A stretch of 64,000 nt of DNA, from the NCBI GenBank assembly GCA_903884375.1, contig CAISER010000035.1, positions 36 through 64,035 on the forward strand. The letters run 5' to 3'. The translations under genes and the position numbers were made by a program. This document shows positions 62,762 to 64,000 of this stretch, in pieces; within the stretch, counting starts at the first letter, position 1, and the number at the start of each line of letters is the position of its first letter. The notes beneath the pieces were generated by a model. The model saw only the letters and a program-made list of their open reading frames with translations. It did not search any database and had not been told where the DNA came from. This DNA is from Candidatus Collierbacteria bacterium (GTDB taxonomy: Bacteria; Patescibacteriota; Microgenomatia; UBA1400; MFAQ01).

Positions 62762-62983
62762 ATGAAATTTACTCTTATTATTCAAATAATATTATCGTTA
62801 TTACTCATTGTGCTTGTTACACTTCAATCAAAAGAAACTTCCCTTGGGTCTGGTTTTTCTTCAGTAACTCAAAGCGGTATTCACACCAAAAGAGGACCTG
62901 AAAAACTAATTTATCTCACAACAATCGCTGTCGGAATAATATTTGTTATTTTTTCTTTTCTAAATATCGCAATCTGGAAATGA
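62762..62983 (+). CDS. secG: Preprotein translocase subunit SecG
   Basis: QIILS.LLIVLVTLQ, LGSGF and TKRGPEK; two TM helices. Confidence 0.88.
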   Translation: MKFTLIIQIILSLLLIVLVTLQSKETSLGSGFSSVTQSGIHTKRGPEKLIYLTTIAVGIIFVIFSFLNIAIWK

Positions 62984-64000
62984 TCAAATCTCTACGAGAA
63001 AGAATTTGGTTTATCAAAGGATTTTTCCAAAAATACTCAAGGCAAATTTTCTTAAGTATTATCATCACTGTTGTCATTTCACTATTACTCAGTTTCTTAA
63101 CCAAAAACATTCCAATACGCAAAGAACAAATAAAAATCGGCATCATTGGTCAGTTCGGAGCAGGGCAATTACCTTCATATATTATAAATTTTTTAAACGC
63201 CGGTCTTGTTTCCATCGATAACAATCTTCAACCAATTCCGGGACTTGCCGAAAAATGGAGTATAGATGATGCTGGAAATACCTATACTTTTTACCTTAAA
63301 CCAAATCTTAAATGGAATGGGGGAAATGATACAAAAGCTTCTGATATAAAATTTTCAATACCGAATATTGTTGTGGAAACACAAGACCCTAATATCATCA
63401 AATTTAAAATTCCCACGAAATTTTCTCCTTTTTTATCCTTATTAAATATCCCTCTTTTAAATCAAAAAGGCTCAATAATAGGGGATTATGACATTCGCCT
63501 AAAACAAAAAAGCTCAGGAATTGTAACTGAAATAATACTCGAATCTAGCACAAAAAAAATTACTTTCAATGTATATTCGACTACCAGACAGGCGATCACT
63601 GCATACAAACTTGGACAAATAAATCTAATTTTAGGATTACCTTCTGAATATACTACCGACTTACTATCCTACGCACAAATAAATAAAAAAACTGATTTTA
63701 ATAGAGTTGTTATGTTGGTTTTTAACCAAACAGACCAAAGTTTAAAAGAAAAAAATATTCGTCAAGGAATAGCCTATGCATTAAAAGACAAATCGTTTGG
63801 TGAAATAGAAGCCTTAAGTACAATAAATCCCAATTCGTGGGCGTTTAGTCCTCTCGTAAAAACCTATCCATTTAATCTTCAAAGGGCACGTGAACTAATC
63901 AAATCCCCTATAACTCTTGAACTAGCGGCATCTCCGGATCTTCTACCCATAGCAGAGTCAATAAAAAACCAGCTAAACTCAGATTTGGTTACGATTAATA
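62980..64000 (+). CDS. ABC transporter substrate-binding protein family 5 (peptide), 3'-truncated by the window
   Basis: ATG 62980 opens MIKSLRERIW..., with a TM anchor then GLV..D..LQPIPGLAEKWSI...YTFYLKPNLKW and IRQGIAYA. Confidence 0.8.
   Translation, partial: MIKSLRERIWFIKGFFQKYSRQIFLSIIITVVISLLLSFLTKNIPIRKEQIKIGIIGQFGAGQLPSYIINFLNAGLVSIDNNLQPIPGLAEKWSIDDAGNTYTFYLKPNLKWNGGNDTKASDIKFSIPNIVVETQDPNIIKFKIPTKFSPFLSLLNIPLLNQKGSIIGDYDIRLKQKSSGIVTEIILESSTKKITFNVYSTTRQAITAYKLGQINLILGLPSEYTTDLLSYAQINKKTDFNRVVMLVFNQTDQSLKEKNIRQGIAYALKDKSFGEIEALSTINPNSWAFSPLVKTYPFNLQRARELIKSPITLELAASPDLLPIAESIKNQLNSDLVTIN

Overview
A low-GC, very compact bacterial chromosome segment using the standard code (TGA is a stop). 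Gene content and style suggest Patescibacteria/CPR, probably Microgenomates; this is an inference. In order, it holds the end of a cell-surface glycan locus (flippase, two GT2s, two GT-C-like membrane proteins, an acyltransferase and an O-antigen ligase-like protein), then mixed housekeeping genes: hpf, ferredoxin, queA/tgt, lemA-htpX, gatCAB, dnaE, rplS, ruvCAB, holA, a DEAD-box helicase, a PLD, a sugar-phosphate/glycolysis block (PMM/PGM, GH57, PGI/PMI, ppsA, eno, gpmI), rsmI, lexA-uvrB-uvrA-transglutaminase-uvrC, secG and an ABC substrate-binding protein. There are five tRNAs (Gly-CCC, Thr-CGT, Asp-GTC, Glu-TTC, Lys-TTT). No CRISPR array, integrase, transposase or rRNA was seen. The most unusual signal is non-coding. 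Downstream of tRNA-Gly and tRNA-Lys is a shared element: a hairpin with a CTTGT loop, then a sequence exactly complementary to that tRNA's own T-arm, then a conserved CCTGACGGAGnCAAnCTCGTAA tail. Other notable signals are: the tRNA-Thr CCA end overlaps the tgt start codon; housekeeping genes look leaderless while orphan genes are SD-led, some with boxA-like motifs; a candidate direct-repeat LexA operator; and long structured leaders before rplS, the DEAD-box helicase and a 635-aa secreted protein.
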